Of a stretch of DNA of 63,859 nt, positions 1 through 11,514 are shown piece by piece. This stretch comes from Isosphaeraceae bacterium (GTDB taxonomy: Bacteria; Planctomycetota; Planctomycetia; Isosphaerales; Isosphaeraceae). The position numbers and the translations under genes were made by a program. The notes under the pieces were generated by a model. The model saw nothing but the letters and a program-made list of their open reading frames with translations, had not been told where the DNA came from and did not search any database. Numbering within the stretch: the stretch's first letter is position 1; each line of letters starts with the position of its first letter. Location of the stretch: the NCBI GenBank assembly GCA_965201075.1, contig CBDAVP010000006.1:1-63859 (forward strand). The letters are read 5' to 3'.

Positions 1-1095
1 TGGCTGGCGCTGGTGGCCGTGCTGGTCGGCGGCGGGGGCCGTCGTTGGCTCCAGGGCCGTCGGGCGCGGCGGGCCGTGGCGCGATTGGCCGAACCGTATG
101 TGACGCCCGAGGAGATTCTGGCGGCGGCCGACCACGGCCGAGGCGGTCTCTTCGACCTGTTCGGCTTGCTGGTGACCTCCCCGGTCCCCGCGAACCGGGA
201 CGCCGCCGGCCGCGCCCTGGCCCGGCTCTGGAAGCGCGATGAGTTAATCGCCGAGGAGGAAAGGGCCATCGTCACGCGAGGCTTCTCGGCCCATTGGCGA
301 GCCCGCCGCAAGTACCCGAGGGGCCTGCGAGGGCCGATTCCCATCTCGGCGACCTTCGGCATTCCGTTCCTCCGAGATGACGACGGGGGTGTCGCCCCAG
401 GGAACCTGGAATGGTCGCACCGGGTCGCCGGGTCGGAACGGGCCAGCCTGGAAACTCCCAGCGACTGGCGACCCGGCCCGGGGGTTCTGGCATTCGACCT
501 CGACCCGAGGGATTTCGCCGCCCAAGGGCCGCATCGGCTGGTCCTGGAGGCGAAGGCCCGCCCGCTGGGTCTCACGAGTTCCTGGGAAGCGGCGCCACCG
601 CACGTCCCGTTCACCTTCGAGTTCGACCCGCACCTCGCCGTCGAGGCCCTGCTCGGTCAGGCCGACGACGCCCGAGCCGCCACGTTCGCCCGGTCGGTCC
701 GGCTGGAAATGGGAAAACCGGGCGACGAGGGGCCGACCTTTCTGCCGGTCGATGAACGCTTCGCCCTGCGAGACCCGCCCCGAATCGTCGTGAGCGTCCC
801 GTTGCCCGGGGACCTGGCTCACTCATTGGCCGTCGAGTTCGAGGGGGTGGCCGGACGATTTCCCGCCGGTGCGATCGTGGTCACTGGGCCGGAGCGGGCC
901 GAGGAGATACGCCCCTTCGCGATCGGCCCGATCCAACCCCCCGACGGTTCTGGGTTGGAACACGCTGGAGACGCGCGAATGCGGGCGATCCTGACCCCGG
1001 ACCCTCACCTCGGCTGGGCCGACCCGGAGGTCCGGTCGATCTGGCCGGGACCGATCGTCACCGAGTGGGTCGCCGTGAGGGTCGTCCGCCGCTGA
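1..1095 (+). CDS. Hypothetical protein, 5'-truncated by the window edge
   Basis: Frame is open from base 1 (WLALVAVLVG..., hydrophobic N-terminus) to TGA at 1095. GC3-rich codon usage; no family recognised. Confidence 0.7.
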   Translation, partial: WLALVAVLVGGGGRRWLQGRRARRAVARLAEPYVTPEEILAAADHGRGGLFDLFGLLVTSPVPANRDAAGRALARLWKRDELIAEEERAIVTRGFSAHWRARRKYPRGLRGPIPISATFGIPFLRDDDGGVAPGNLEWSHRVAGSERASLETPSDWRPGPGVLAFDLDPRDFAAQGPHRLVLEAKARPLGLTSSWEAAPPHVPFTFEFDPHLAVEALLGQADDARAATFARSVRLEMGKPGDEGPTFLPVDERFALRDPPRIVVSVPLPGDLAHSLAVEFEGVAGRFPAGAIVVTGPERAEEIRPFAIGPIQPPDGSGLEHAGDARMRAILTPDPHLGWADPEVRSIWPGPIVTEWVAVRVVRR

Positions 1096-1184
1096 GGCCC
1101 AGACGTCACCGTGGCGCATCGCTTGCACGCGTATTGCCTGAATCGTTCGTGACGTCCCTGGTCGTCGATCGCAAGGGGTTTGCC

Positions 1185-1469
1185 ATGAGTTGTTCGCATG
1201 AAGCCGCGCTCCAACCCGTTCCCGCCAAGGCCGAGGGGTGCCAGGAGTGCCTCAAGGCGGGGACCGAGTGGGTCCACCTGCGTCTCTGCCTGTCTTGCGG
1301 GCATGTTGGCTGCTGCGACTCGTCGCCGGGTCAACATGCCACGGGGCATTTCCACGGCGAGGGGCATCCCGTGATGGCCTCGTTCGAGCCGGGCGAGCGC
1401 TGGTTGTGGTGCTATGTCGATGAGGCGATGATGGACGTTCCCGAACGGTTCGAGTCGGTCTTGCGGTAA
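1185..1469 (+). CDS. UBP-type zinc finger domain protein
   Basis: MSCSH...CQECL...WVHLRLCLSCGHVGCCDSSPGQHATGHF...SFEPGERWLWCYVDE is the typical stand-alone bacterial zf-UBP pattern. Confidence 0.9.
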   Translation: MSCSHEAALQPVPAKAEGCQECLKAGTEWVHLRLCLSCGHVGCCDSSPGQHATGHFHGEGHPVMASFEPGERWLWCYVDEAMMDVPERFESVLR

Positions 1470-1472
1470 ATA

Positions 1473-2780
1473 TCAGGAAACCTTGGCGACCAGCAGGGTC
1501 CGGTCGTCGGCGGCGGGCAGGCCGGCGGTGAATTCGTCGACGGCCTCGATGACCGCGTGGAGGAGGTCGGTGGCGTCGAGGGTGCAGCGGGTCAGAACCC
1601 GGTCGAGCCGCTCCGTGCCGAAGGGGGAGCCGTCGGGCCCTTCGGCCTCGGTGATCCCGTCGGTATAGAACAGGAGCTGATCGCCGGGCTGAAGTTCCTG
1701 GGTGTGCTCTTCGTAGGTCACGTTGCCGTCAATGCCCAGGGGCAGGCTGCTGACGCCATCCAGGGCGAAGGTCTCGCCGGTGGAGCAGCGCATCAGGCGG
1801 GGCGGGTTGTGGCCGGCGCAGGCGTAGCGGAGGCGAGGGCCCTTGGGGTCGTAAATGCCGTAGAACGCCGTGACGAACGTCTCGCCGTCGGCGGTGTAGC
1901 GCTCGGAGAGGTGCTGGTTCAGGTGGGTGAGCAACCGTCCGGGGGGCTCGGGGTCGCCGGGATGGGCGTGGGCGATGCTGTGGGTGATGGCCATCAGGAC
2001 GGCGGCGGGAACACCGTGACCGCTGACGTCGGCCATCAAGATTCCGCAACGTCCGCAGGGCATCGGGAAGGCGTCGTAGTAGTCGCCGCCGGCCCATCGG
2101 GAGGTCTGGTAGTGCGCCGCCAGGTCCAGGGTAGGCAGCTTCGGCAAGTGCCTTGGGCAGCAGCGAGCCCGCTGGATGTCGGCGACCAGCTTCAGTTCCT
2201 TGTCGACGGTGGCGTAGGCGGCCTGCAACTGCTGGGACAGGACAAGGTTCTGGGTCGCCCGGCCAAACAGGGTGCTGATCCAGACCCACTCGGGGAAGCG
2301 GTCCTTGTCGAACGCGGCCGGCTCGGCCCGCATCGAAAGCACCATGTTCAGGCCGACGCCCCGGTCGTAGTGGGGGACGGCCATGAGCGACCGCATCCCC
2401 CGCAGGTACTCAGCGCCGGGGTCGTCGGGCGCCAGCAGGGGTTCGATATCGTCGATCAAGCGGGGGCCGTCGCCGTAGATCAACTCGCCGAGCAGTCCGC
2501 CCCTGAGCAGCGGTAAACGGTCTCGCTCCTTCCAGGGGTCGACCTCGCGGTCCCAGAGACTGGAGCGGGTGATGCGGTAATAGGGGGGTTCTAGGTCGCG
2601 GCGGCTGAGGGACAGGTAGCGGTCGGCCGGCATCAGTTGGCGGAGGCGTGAAACGTAGGCGCGGACCATCGCCTGGGGGTCGGTCTGCAAACTCATGTCG
2701 CGCATCGTTTCGTCGATGATCGCCAAGGTCTCGCGCCAGTCGCCCGTTACGCCATCGAAGATCCCTCGGTGCTCGCTCAT
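1473..2780 (-). CDS. PP2C/SpoIIE (RsbU-like) protein phosphatase with N-terminal GAF-like region
   Basis: Motifs GGDYYD, ADVSGHG, AGH, YTDGITEA and DDRT. A short compensated frameshift near 2150-2172 gives IQRARCCPRH where IQRSLLPKAL is expected. Confidence 0.9.
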   Translation of the reverse strand: MSEHRGIFDGVTGDWRETLAIIDETMRDMSLQTDPQAMVRAYVSRLRQLMPADRYLSLSRRDLEPPYYRITRSSLWDREVDPWKERDRLPLLRGGLLGELIYGDGPRLIDDIEPLLAPDDPGAEYLRGMRSLMAVPHYDRGVGLNMVLSMRAEPAAFDKDRFPEWVWISTLFGRATQNLVLSQQLQAAYATVDKELKLVADIQRARCCPRHLPKLPTLDLAAHYQTSRWAGGDYYDAFPMPCGRCGILMADVSGHGVPAAVLMAITHSIAHAHPGDPEPPGRLLTHLNQHLSERYTADGETFVTAFYGIYDPKGPRLRYACAGHNPPRLMRCSTGETFALDGVSSLPLGIDGNVTYEEHTQELQPGDQLLFYTDGITEAEGPDGSPFGTERLDRVLTRCTLDATDLLHAVIEAVDEFTAGLPAADDRTLLVAKVS

Positions 2781-3012
2781 GGAAGGAGGCCCAGTCAGTG
2801 GGGTCGAGGCTCAATCTCGCCAGAATACCCGCCCGTCGCGGCGTGGCCCACCCCCGACGGGCGGCGCCTCGTGCCAGGTCGTGGGAAATCGGACGAAGTG
2901 GGTCATGTCGTGGCCGGTTCGACGCTACTGAATGGTAGGCCCCTTGCGAGGAGGGGTGACCTTTCAGACAGCCATGACCCTTCGCGAACCGGCTCCGAGC
3001 CGAGGGACAACC

Positions 3013-3743
3013 ATGCGCACGCAAGGCACACTCGCCGCGATCCTGGGGGGCCTGACCCTCCTGGGCGGCATCACCCGCGCCCACGCCGACGAGGAAGGCG
3101 ACCGCGACCGCGATCGCCCCCCAATGCACCGCCGAGACGGCGACGGCGATCGTGACCGTGAGCGAGGCCCCATGAGCCGCCGCGACAACGACCGCGACCG
3201 CGACGGGGACCGGGATCGCCCCCCCATGCACCGCCGGGACGATGTCCGTGACCGTGGGCCCAGGGCCGAGGGGCGCGACCGCGACCGCGACCGCGACGAC
3301 CGCCGCGAGCGTCCCCGAGGGCCCGAACGCATGAGCCGCCACCGTGAGGAGGGCGGCCGGGACGGCGGGCCTCGCCACGAGGGGGACCGAGACCATCGAC
3401 GTCCCGGCCCGAGGGTCGCGAAGGATACCATCGCGGCGGTCCCGAGGAAGCCCTGGTCCACCTGTTCCGCCGCTGGGTCCACGAGCACGCCCGCGAACTC
3501 GGCCTGCACGACGGCGACCATCACCGAGGCCCCCACGGCGAGGGCGGGCCCCCTCACCACTCCCGGGGTCGCGAGCATGACCGCGAACACGCCCAGGCCG
3601 ACCACGGCCCACGCCATCACGACGGCGACCGTGACCGTGACCGTGACCACCGACGCGGTCGCGACTCCGAGCGCCCCCGCCACCAGGAGACCGACGGACC
3701 CACCCTCGGCCAGCCGTCGCTGTCCGAAACCCTGAGTCTCTGA
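3013..3743 (+). CDS. Secreted low-complexity Arg/Asp/His-rich protein (frameshift near 3408-3410)
   Basis: Signal peptide MRTQGTLAAILGGLTLLGGITRAHA followed by DRDRDR repeats. Adding one C near 3410 continues the same composition (EGREGYHRGG...HHDGDRDRDRDH) to TGA at 3743. Confidence 0.7.
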
Positions 3744-3810
3744 ACGTTTGAACCGAGCTTCCCTGCCCAGCCCGCGTGTCCGGATGAACCCCGGCGGCGC
3801 GCGGGCCGGT

Positions 3811-4432
3811 TCAGTCTTCGCCCAGGTGGGTCGTGGCGTTGAGGGTCTGGACACGGACGGTGTCCCCCTCGAAATCCAGGACGTTGATTCCGCCGTTCGA
3901 CTGGCGAAGGGCGCGGGCCCGGTTGATCGGCACGCCGAGGTAGGCCGCCAGGCAGACGCGATTGACCACGTTGTGCGCCACCACCGCGATGCGCCCGCCG
4001 GGATGGGCCGCGGCCAGGGCGGCCAGCGCCGGAACCGCGCGTCGCTGGACGTCCAGGAACGATTCCCCTCCGGGATAGGGAACCTCGCCGGGGGCTGGCC
4101 AGGAACCGTGCGCAGGGGATGGGGTCGAGGGCGCGGGCCTCGTCCCAGGTCAGGCCCTCCCAGCGGCCGACATCGGCCTCGATCAGCGACGGGGCGACGA
4201 TCAGGTCCAGCCCCTGAGGCTCGGCGATCCGACGGGCCGTCTCGCGGGCGCGGGCCAGGGGACTCGTGTAAACCGCCGCCAGCCGGACGTGGCTCAGGGC
4301 CTCGCCGGCGCGACGGGCCTGGTCGTTTCCGGCGTCGTCCAGGGACGGGTCGGAATGCCGCCCCTGGATGCGCGGGGGGTCCAGACGGTTCCAGGCGGTC
4401 GCGCCGTGACGCAGAAGATAGAGGCGGGTCAT
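3811..4432 (-). CDS. Histidine phosphatase (phosphoglycerate mutase) family protein, frameshift at G5 run 4090-4094
   Basis: N-terminal LLRHGAT and TSPLARARETA motifs. Removing one base restores PYPGGES...VVAHNVVNR...LNATTHLGED*. Confidence 0.85.
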
Positions 4433-5493
4433 CGAGCGGGAGCCCCTGCCTTCGCCAGGGCGCGACGACCCCTCACCAGACGCCCGGCGACGGCCACGGC
4501 CTCGTTGAGGCTCGACGTCGTCGCCTTGCCCTTCCAGGCGATGTCATACGCGGTGCCGTGAGCGACGCTGGTGCGGACGATCGGCAGGCCGAGGGTGACG
4601 TTGACGGCGCGGTCGAAACCGATCGTTTTCAGGGCGACGTGCCCCTGGTCGTGGTACATCGCCACCACCGCGTCGAACTCGCCGCGCAAGGCCCGAGCGA
4701 AGAGCGTGTCGGCGGCGATCGGTCCCTCGACCCGAAATCCCTCGGCGCGGGCCCGTTCGACGGCGGGTCCGATGATGCGGATCTCCTCGTCGCCGAACAG
4801 GCCCCCCTCGCCAGCGTGAGGGTTGAGGCCCGCCACGGCGATCCGGGGGGCCACGCCGTTGGTCAAAGGACGCAATCCCTGGTCGGCCAGGACGATGGCC
4901 GCGACCACGGCGTCCTCGGTCAGCAGGTCGATGGCCCTACGCAGCGAGACGTGAAGCGTGGCGTGGACGACGCCCAGGCCCGCCTCGCCGGGGACCGAAG
5001 GGGGGCCGACGTAGAGCATCATCGCGTGGTCGGGGGCGCCGCAGCGCTCGGCCAGGATTTCGGTGTGGCCCGGGTGGGCGACCCCGGCGGCGTGCAGCCC
5101 TTCCTTGTTAATCGGGAGGGTCGTGACGGCATCGACCCGCCCGGCCAGGGCGAGGTCGATGGCCGTGTTGAGGAAATCGACCGCGGCGCGGCCGGCTCGG
5201 GCGTCGACGCGCGCCGGGGGGACCTCGGCGAGGTCGAGCGTCGCGCCCTCCAGGCAGGGAATGACTCCGCGAGCCGGTCGGGCTTCCTCGGGTCCACCGA
5301 TCGTCTGGACTCGGGCCTCGGTCTTGACCAGGGCGATGGCCCGCTCCAGCACGGCACGACTGCCCACGACGAACGGCCGGGCCAGCGTTTGCACCCCGCC
5401 CTCATCCCAGGCCCGGGCCAGGATTTCGGGTCCCACCCCGGCCACGTCCCCCATCGTCAAGGCCACCAGGGGCCTCTCCTCCGCAGCGGGCAC
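4429..5493 (-). CDS. pdxA: 4-hydroxythreonine-4-phosphate dehydrogenase
   Basis: Motifs TMGDVAGVGPE, PINKE, GHTE, GLNPHAGE, AMYHDQGH, NVTLGLPIVRTSVAHGTAYDIA. GTG start inferred. Confidence 0.95.
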   Translation of the reverse strand: MPAAEERPLVALTMGDVAGVGPEILARAWDEGGVQTLARPFVVGSRAVLERAIALVKTEARVQTIGGPEEARPARGVIPCLEGATLDLAEVPPARVDARAGRAAVDFLNTAIDLALAGRVDAVTTLPINKEGLHAAGVAHPGHTEILAERCGAPDHAMMLYVGPPSVPGEAGLGVVHATLHVSLRRAIDLLTEDAVVAAIVLADQGLRPLTNGVAPRIAVAGLNPHAGEGGLFGDEEIRIIGPAVERARAEGFRVEGPIAADTLFARALRGEFDAVVAMYHDQGHVALKTIGFDRAVNVTLGLPIVRTSVAHGTAYDIAWKGKATTSSLNEAVAVAGRLVRGRRALAKAGAPAR

Positions 5494-5549
5494 GTCCCCC
5501 TCCTTCCTTCGTTGGTTGGTTGGTTCCTTCGCCTTCGTGACAAAACCGA

Positions 5550-5735
5550 TCAATGCGTCTCAATTCGCCTGGCCGGTCCCACGTCTCCAGGCCCAGGGGC
5601 CGAAGCGGCGGCGTCGGGATCGGGGGGCGGTTCGCCCCCAGCGCAACCCGCCGCCACCACCATCAAGGCCCCGGCCAGGACAAGCCATAGCCAGGGCCCG
5701 GAACGGGAACGGGGTGGCTTCCTGGGATCGAACAT
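5550..5735 (-). CDS. Small putative lipoprotein
   Basis: Basic N-terminus, hydrophobic stretch, lipobox-like AAGC and a Pro-rich tail; co-oriented within the kdsB-pdxA run. Confidence 0.5.
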   Translation of the reverse strand: MFDPRKPPRSRSGPWLWLVLAGALMVVAAGCAGGEPPPDPDAAASAPGPGDVGPARRIETH

Positions 5736-5834
5736 GGGAGCGGTTGCCTTTCCCTTTGGTCAACTTCCCGGACAGGTCTCAGGCATTGTACCGCAACCCG
5801 ATCGCGACGGCGGCCCGGGACGCCCCGTCCGCGG

Positions 5835-6867
5835 TCAAACCCACCGATCCGGGACCGGCCCGTCGAGACCCGGCGGATCGCCCGTCCGATCCCCCGCCTC
5901 GGCGATGTCGAGGGCGGCACGGGTCTGGCGACGGTCCGGCAGGTACAGCGCCGCGCCGATGGCGGCTCCGGCATACTGGAGGAGGCGGAAGGCCATCATC
6001 GCCACGGCGCCTCCGGGGAACGCGACCAGGCGGAAGAGCTGGGCGGCGACCTCCTCGGTCAGTCCCAGGGCGGCCAGGGGCAGGGGGATCGCCGTGGAGA
6101 ACAGGATCAAGGGGACCAGGACCGCGTGTTCGGCCAGGGTCGGCACGGCTGGGTAAAGGGCGTGTGCCGCCTCTCGAAAGGCCACGACGTTGAGGAAATG
6201 CGTGGCCAAAGCCAGCCCGATCGCGATCGCGAACAGTCCGGGCCGTCCCCGGTAGGCCGCGGCGGCGCTGGCGAGGTCGGCGCGACGGCGGCGCCCGGCG
6301 CTCGCTGGCCAGCGGGCGGTCCTGGCGGTCTCGGGTCCGGATGGCCAGCGTCAGCGCCAGGGCAAAGGCGCCCAGCAAGACCGTGGCGACGATGACCAAG
6401 CGGCGGGCGGCCGGGTCGAGGCGGGGCCACGCGGCCAGGCCAACCCCGGCGGCCAGGCCGAACAGCCCCAGCAGGCCCAGGATGCGGTCGACCACGATCG
6501 AGGCGACCGCCTGCGTCCGGTTCACGCCCAGGCGGAACAAAAGCGCCGCCTTGACCACGTCTCCGCCAATGGCGCCGGGGATCACCAGGTTGAACAGCAG
6601 CCCGATGAACCCCAGGCGCAGAGTGGCCGGCAGGCTGACGGCCAGGCCCAGGGCCCTCATCAGGGTCCACCAGCGGAAGAAGGCCAGCAGCAGGCCGGCG
6701 AGGTAGAACCCAAACGCGGCGGCGAAGCGGGAGGGGTCGGCGGGGCGGGCCAGGACCGCTCGCAGTTGACCCCGGTTCAGGTAGATCGCCAGGGCCAGCA
6801 GACCAAAGGCCAGAACCAGCCGGCCGGCGAGCGTCAGCGCCTCTCGGCGGCGGTCGCGGCCGGTCAA
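5835..6867 (-). CDS. Lysylphosphatidylglycerol synthase TM / flippase-like (UPF0104) membrane protein, frameshift near 6280-6300
   Basis: RWWTL, FNLVIPGAIGGDVVKA and DRILGL in one frame; IPLPLAALGLTE in the next. TTG start overlaps the kdsB stop. Confidence 0.8.
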
Positions 6868-7610
6868 GGGGTGGTCCGGGCGCGCTGGCGCTCGACGAAG
6901 CGTCGGTAGTCGTCGGGGGTGTCGATGCCGACGCTGGACTCGTCGACGACCCCGACGGCGATCGTCGCGCCGGCTTCCAGCACCCGCAGTTGTTCGAGCT
7001 TCTCGGCCCCTTCCAGGGGCGAGGGGGGGAGGGTGGCCAGCTTCAGGAGGAAGTCGCGGCGGTAAGCATAAAGGCCCAGGTGCAGCAGGCCAAGAACGCC
7101 GTCGGCGGGGGGGCCGTCTCGGTGGTGGGGGATCGGGCCGCGGGAGAAGTACAGGGCGTGGCCGTGGGCGTCGCGGACGACCTTGACGCAGGAGGGGTCG
7201 GCGAAGGTGGCGGGGTCGCGGATCGGGGTGGCCAGGGTGGCCATCGGCAGGGTGGGGTCGTCCTCCAGCAGCGAGACGACCAGGTCGAGGGCCTCGGGGG
7301 AAATCTCCGGCTCGTCTCCTTGAAGGTTCACGACGATGGGCGAGTCGGGCATGGCGGCGGCGACCTCGGCGACCCGATCGGTGCCGCTGGGGTGGTCGGC
7401 TCGGGTCAGGACGGCCTCTCCCCCAAACGCGCGGACGGCCTGGAGGATTCGGTCGTCGTCGGTCGCCACGACGATGCGGTCGAGCCTTCGGGCGCGCTGG
7501 GCGGCCTCGACGACGTGCTGGATCAGGGGCTTGCCCGTGTCGGCCTTGAGGGGTTTGCCGGGCAGGCGGGTCGAAGCGAATCGGGCGGGGACCACCGCGA
7601 GAATGGGCAT
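6864..7610 (-). CDS. kdsB: 3-deoxy-manno-octulosonate cytidylyltransferase (CMP-KDO synthetase)
   Basis: Motifs VPARFASTRLPGKPL, VATDD, SGTDR, VNLQGDEP, HLGLYAYR, EKLEQLR and GIDTPDD. Confidence 0.95.
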   Translation of the reverse strand: MPILAVVPARFASTRLPGKPLKADTGKPLIQHVVEAAQRARRLDRIVVATDDDRILQAVRAFGGEAVLTRADHPSGTDRVAEVAAAMPDSPIVVNLQGDEPEISPEALDLVVSLLEDDPTLPMATLATPIRDPATFADPSCVKVVRDAHGHALYFSRGPIPHHRDGPPADGVLGLLHLGLYAYRRDFLLKLATLPPSPLEGAEKLEQLRVLEAGATIAVGVVDESSVGIDTPDDYRRFVERQRARTTP

Positions 7611-8076
7611 GATTGGAGGGACTCCTTTCCCGCGAGGGGCCGATACCCAGGGTACCGCGAGACGGCCCCCGCGACCGGCGACGCCGCCACCATAGCCGAG
7701 CCGGCCCCGACCGCCAAGGTGGGCCGATTCGGCGACGGCGGCTCGCCTCGACCGCCGTCCTCGCCCCGGTTCCGCCCCCGCCACGTCGTGGCGCGGTTGC
7801 TCGGAAATGCCGGGGTCGGTCGATCCCCCCCGATCGACCGGCGGTTTCTCGCAGGGTTCCTCGCCGGGTTTCCTCCCCGGCCTCCGACCCAGACCCCGAT
7901 CGATCGCGCCCCGAGCGGGGCGGGCCCACGATGACGCGGGCTCACGCCGCCGCGTCGCGCCCCGTGGGCCTTGTTGCTCGCGAAGGCCCGATGCGCCAAG
8001 GACGGAGGGGCGTCTCCACCGAGCCACGGGGCGGCCAAGCCGATGGTATGGCGGCCGTCCCCGGAGACTTCGCCCG

Positions 8077-9414
<1,338 letters not shown>

Positions 9415-9503
9415 GACGGACCGGCCGGACGCGGTAAAATCCCGGACCGGGCCGTCGCGAATCGACGTGGCGGCCCGGCTCGTTTTTTCCGGGAGTTCGC
9501 GCC

Positions 9504-10241
9504 TTGGGCACCTTGTATCAAACCGCGTTGATCACCGGGGCCGGCAGCGGGATCGGCCAGGCCGTGGCCCAGTCTCTCGCCTCGATGGGGATGAAAGTCG
9601 CCCTGGTCGGTCGAGACCGGGCGAAGCTTGAAGCCACCCGCGACAAGCTCGGAGGCGACGCGGCGGCGACGGCGATGGTTGAGCCGTGCGATGTGGCCAA
9701 CCGCGACGAGGTCTCGGCGATGGTCGGGCGGGTGCGGGAAGGGTTCGGGGCGCTGGACGTGCTGGTCTGCAACGCGGGGATGAACGTCCGCCGCCGCAAG
9801 ATCGAGGAGCTTGACCCGGCCGACTGGGACCGGATGATCGCCACCAACCTGACCGGGGCGTTCAACCTGGTCCACGCCGCGTTGCCCTTGATGAAGGAAC
9901 AGGGGCGGGGGCTGGTGGTTCAGGTCTGTTCGATCGCCGGGGCGAGGGTCAGCACGCTGGGCGGGACGGGCTACTCGGCCTCGAAGTTCGGCCAGGCGGC
10001 GCTGGGGTTGGGGCTGGCGAGAGAGGCCCGCGAGTGGGGCATTCGCTCGTCGGTGATCTACCCCGGTGAGGTCAACACGCCGATTCTTGATGAACGGCCG
10101 GTGCCGGTGCCGGCGGACCGTCGCGCCGCGATTCTCCAGCCGGAGGACGTCGCCGCGGCCGTCGCGTTCCTGGCCACGTTGCACCCTCGCGCCCATGTGC
10201 CCGAACTGGTGTTGAAGCCAACAGTGGATGATTGGTCGTAA
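9504..10241 (+). CDS. SDR family oxidoreductase
   Basis: TGAGSGIG, CNAG and YSASK (YxxxK). Confidence 0.92.
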   Translation: MGTLYQTALITGAGSGIGQAVAQSLASMGMKVALVGRDRAKLEATRDKLGGDAAATAMVEPCDVANRDEVSAMVGRVREGFGALDVLVCNAGMNVRRRKIEELDPADWDRMIATNLTGAFNLVHAALPLMKEQGRGLVVQVCSIAGARVSTLGGTGYSASKFGQAALGLGLAREAREWGIRSSVIYPGEVNTPILDERPVPVPADRRAAILQPEDVAAAVAFLATLHPRAHVPELVLKPTVDDWS

Positions 10242-10350
10242 CCGTTCACGACCGCCATCGCTCGCGATCTTGAGCGGCAGGGCCATGTCGCGGTCCCTCG
10301 GCCGACCCCGGCCGGAGGGTTCACCTCCGGCCGGGTCGAGACGATTTCCA

Positions 10351-10737
10351 TCAGCCGGCGTGGGCCTCGGTGCAGCAGGCCGAACCGCCGTCCTGGCAGC
10401 ACTCGCCGCCATCGCAGCAGTCAGCGACCTTCGCGACCTTGGCCGCGGCCTTTTCCTCGCAGCAGGCGCCCGGGCAGCAGGCCGCGTCGGTGTCGCAGCA
10501 GTCGGCGGCCTTGGCGGCCGTCTTGGTCACGGTCGGCTTGGTCTCGGCGACGGCGGCGCAGCAGGCCGAGCCACCGTCGAGGCAGCACTCGGCGCCGGTT
10601 GCGCAGCAGTCGGCCGTGGCGACCAGAGTGCAACTAGACTTCTGAGCCGCGCGGCTGGCCAATCCCGGGTGGGCCGAGACGGTCGCGGCGGACAGCACGG
10701 CCACGGCGAACGCAAGGAATCCGTATCGTCGAGACAT
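10351..10737 (-). CDS. Secreted Cys-rich small protein (nine CC pairs)
   Basis: Signal peptide MSRRYGFLAFAVAVLSAATVSA and three DCC..CC..ACC clusters. GGAG RBS upstream of ATG 10737. Confidence 0.8.
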   Translation of the reverse strand: MSRRYGFLAFAVAVLSAATVSAHPGLASRAAQKSSCTLVATADCCATGAECCLDGGSACCAAVAETKPTVTKTAAKAADCCDTDAACCPGACCEEKAAAKVAKVADCCDGGECCQDGGSACCTEAHAG

Positions 10738-10996
10738 GAGCGTTTCTCCGAAAAAGGATGTTCTCAACCAACGAACGAGCATGAACCCGCGACGAACCCG
10801 CCACGCAGGCCGTCGGGTTCCGGGCATTCGCCGCGACGGGACGAACACTCGTCACGCCGCTGACGACCCGGAAGGTTGGTCAGCAGTTGATGCGAAAATC
10901 AGGGCGCGAGGAGCCCGAGCCGGAAAGACCCGGCGTTCAGACCGCGCACGGCAACACCCGCGCATCCCGGAAGGGAGGCGAGGGCGTGGGGCTGGC

Positions 10997-11419
10997 TCAG
11001 CAGCGAAGGTGGTTCGACAGGAGGACCAGCGGCGGCGGGGTCGCCGGCAGCGCGACGGGCAACGTCGCGAACGACGTGGCCAGCGGGAGGTCGAACAGGA
11101 ACGAGGCCGCGACCCCTCCCAGATCCACACCCACCTTGACCACCGGTGGTTGCGACAACGGCCGAGAGTCGCCCGAGTCCCGAGGAACATCCGGCACGCG
11201 AGTGCAGCACCCGCAAGGCGCCGCCGGTGCCTCACCCTCACCCGGGGAGCAGCAATCGCCCCCCTCGTCAAGGCAGCGAGGCGTCAAGCCCTCGGCCGTC
11301 CTCGTCGCGGACGGATCACCCGCGCCGAGGGTCAGGCGGGCGTCGGAGGCGCACAACACCGCGACCACGGCCAGGAGGGCCGTCCAGCGTCGCGAGGGTG
11401 TCCGCCGAAGTCCGACCAT
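10997..11419 (-). CDS. Small Cys/Pro-rich protein with N-terminal hydrophobic segment (possible metal-responsive leader protein)
   Basis: N-terminal TM/signal, DCC and CGCC motifs, C-terminal PPPLVLLSNHLRC. Confidence 0.6.
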   Translation of the reverse strand: MVGLRRTPSRRWTALLAVVAVLCASDARLTLGAGDPSATRTAEGLTPRCLDEGGDCCSPGEGEAPAAPCGCCTRVPDVPRDSGDSRPLSQPPVVKVGVDLGGVAASFLFDLPLATSFATLPVALPATPPPLVLLSNHLRC

Positions 11420-11514
11420 CGCAACATTCCCCTGGGTTCAAGGGATTGGGATACGTTGCCGCCACCTGTTATTATCGCCGGTCCGCCGGGCGCGTCAACT
11501 GCAAGGATGGAATC

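Noticed and set aside
3748..6156. Long antisense and alternate-frame ORFs (e.g. 3748-6156, 26206-28650, 31514-33688, 36332-38326, 41601-43838)
   Set aside because: Shadow ORFs expected in GC-rich DNA. They overlap well-supported genes on the other strand or frame and have R/G/P-rich, non-protein-like composition.
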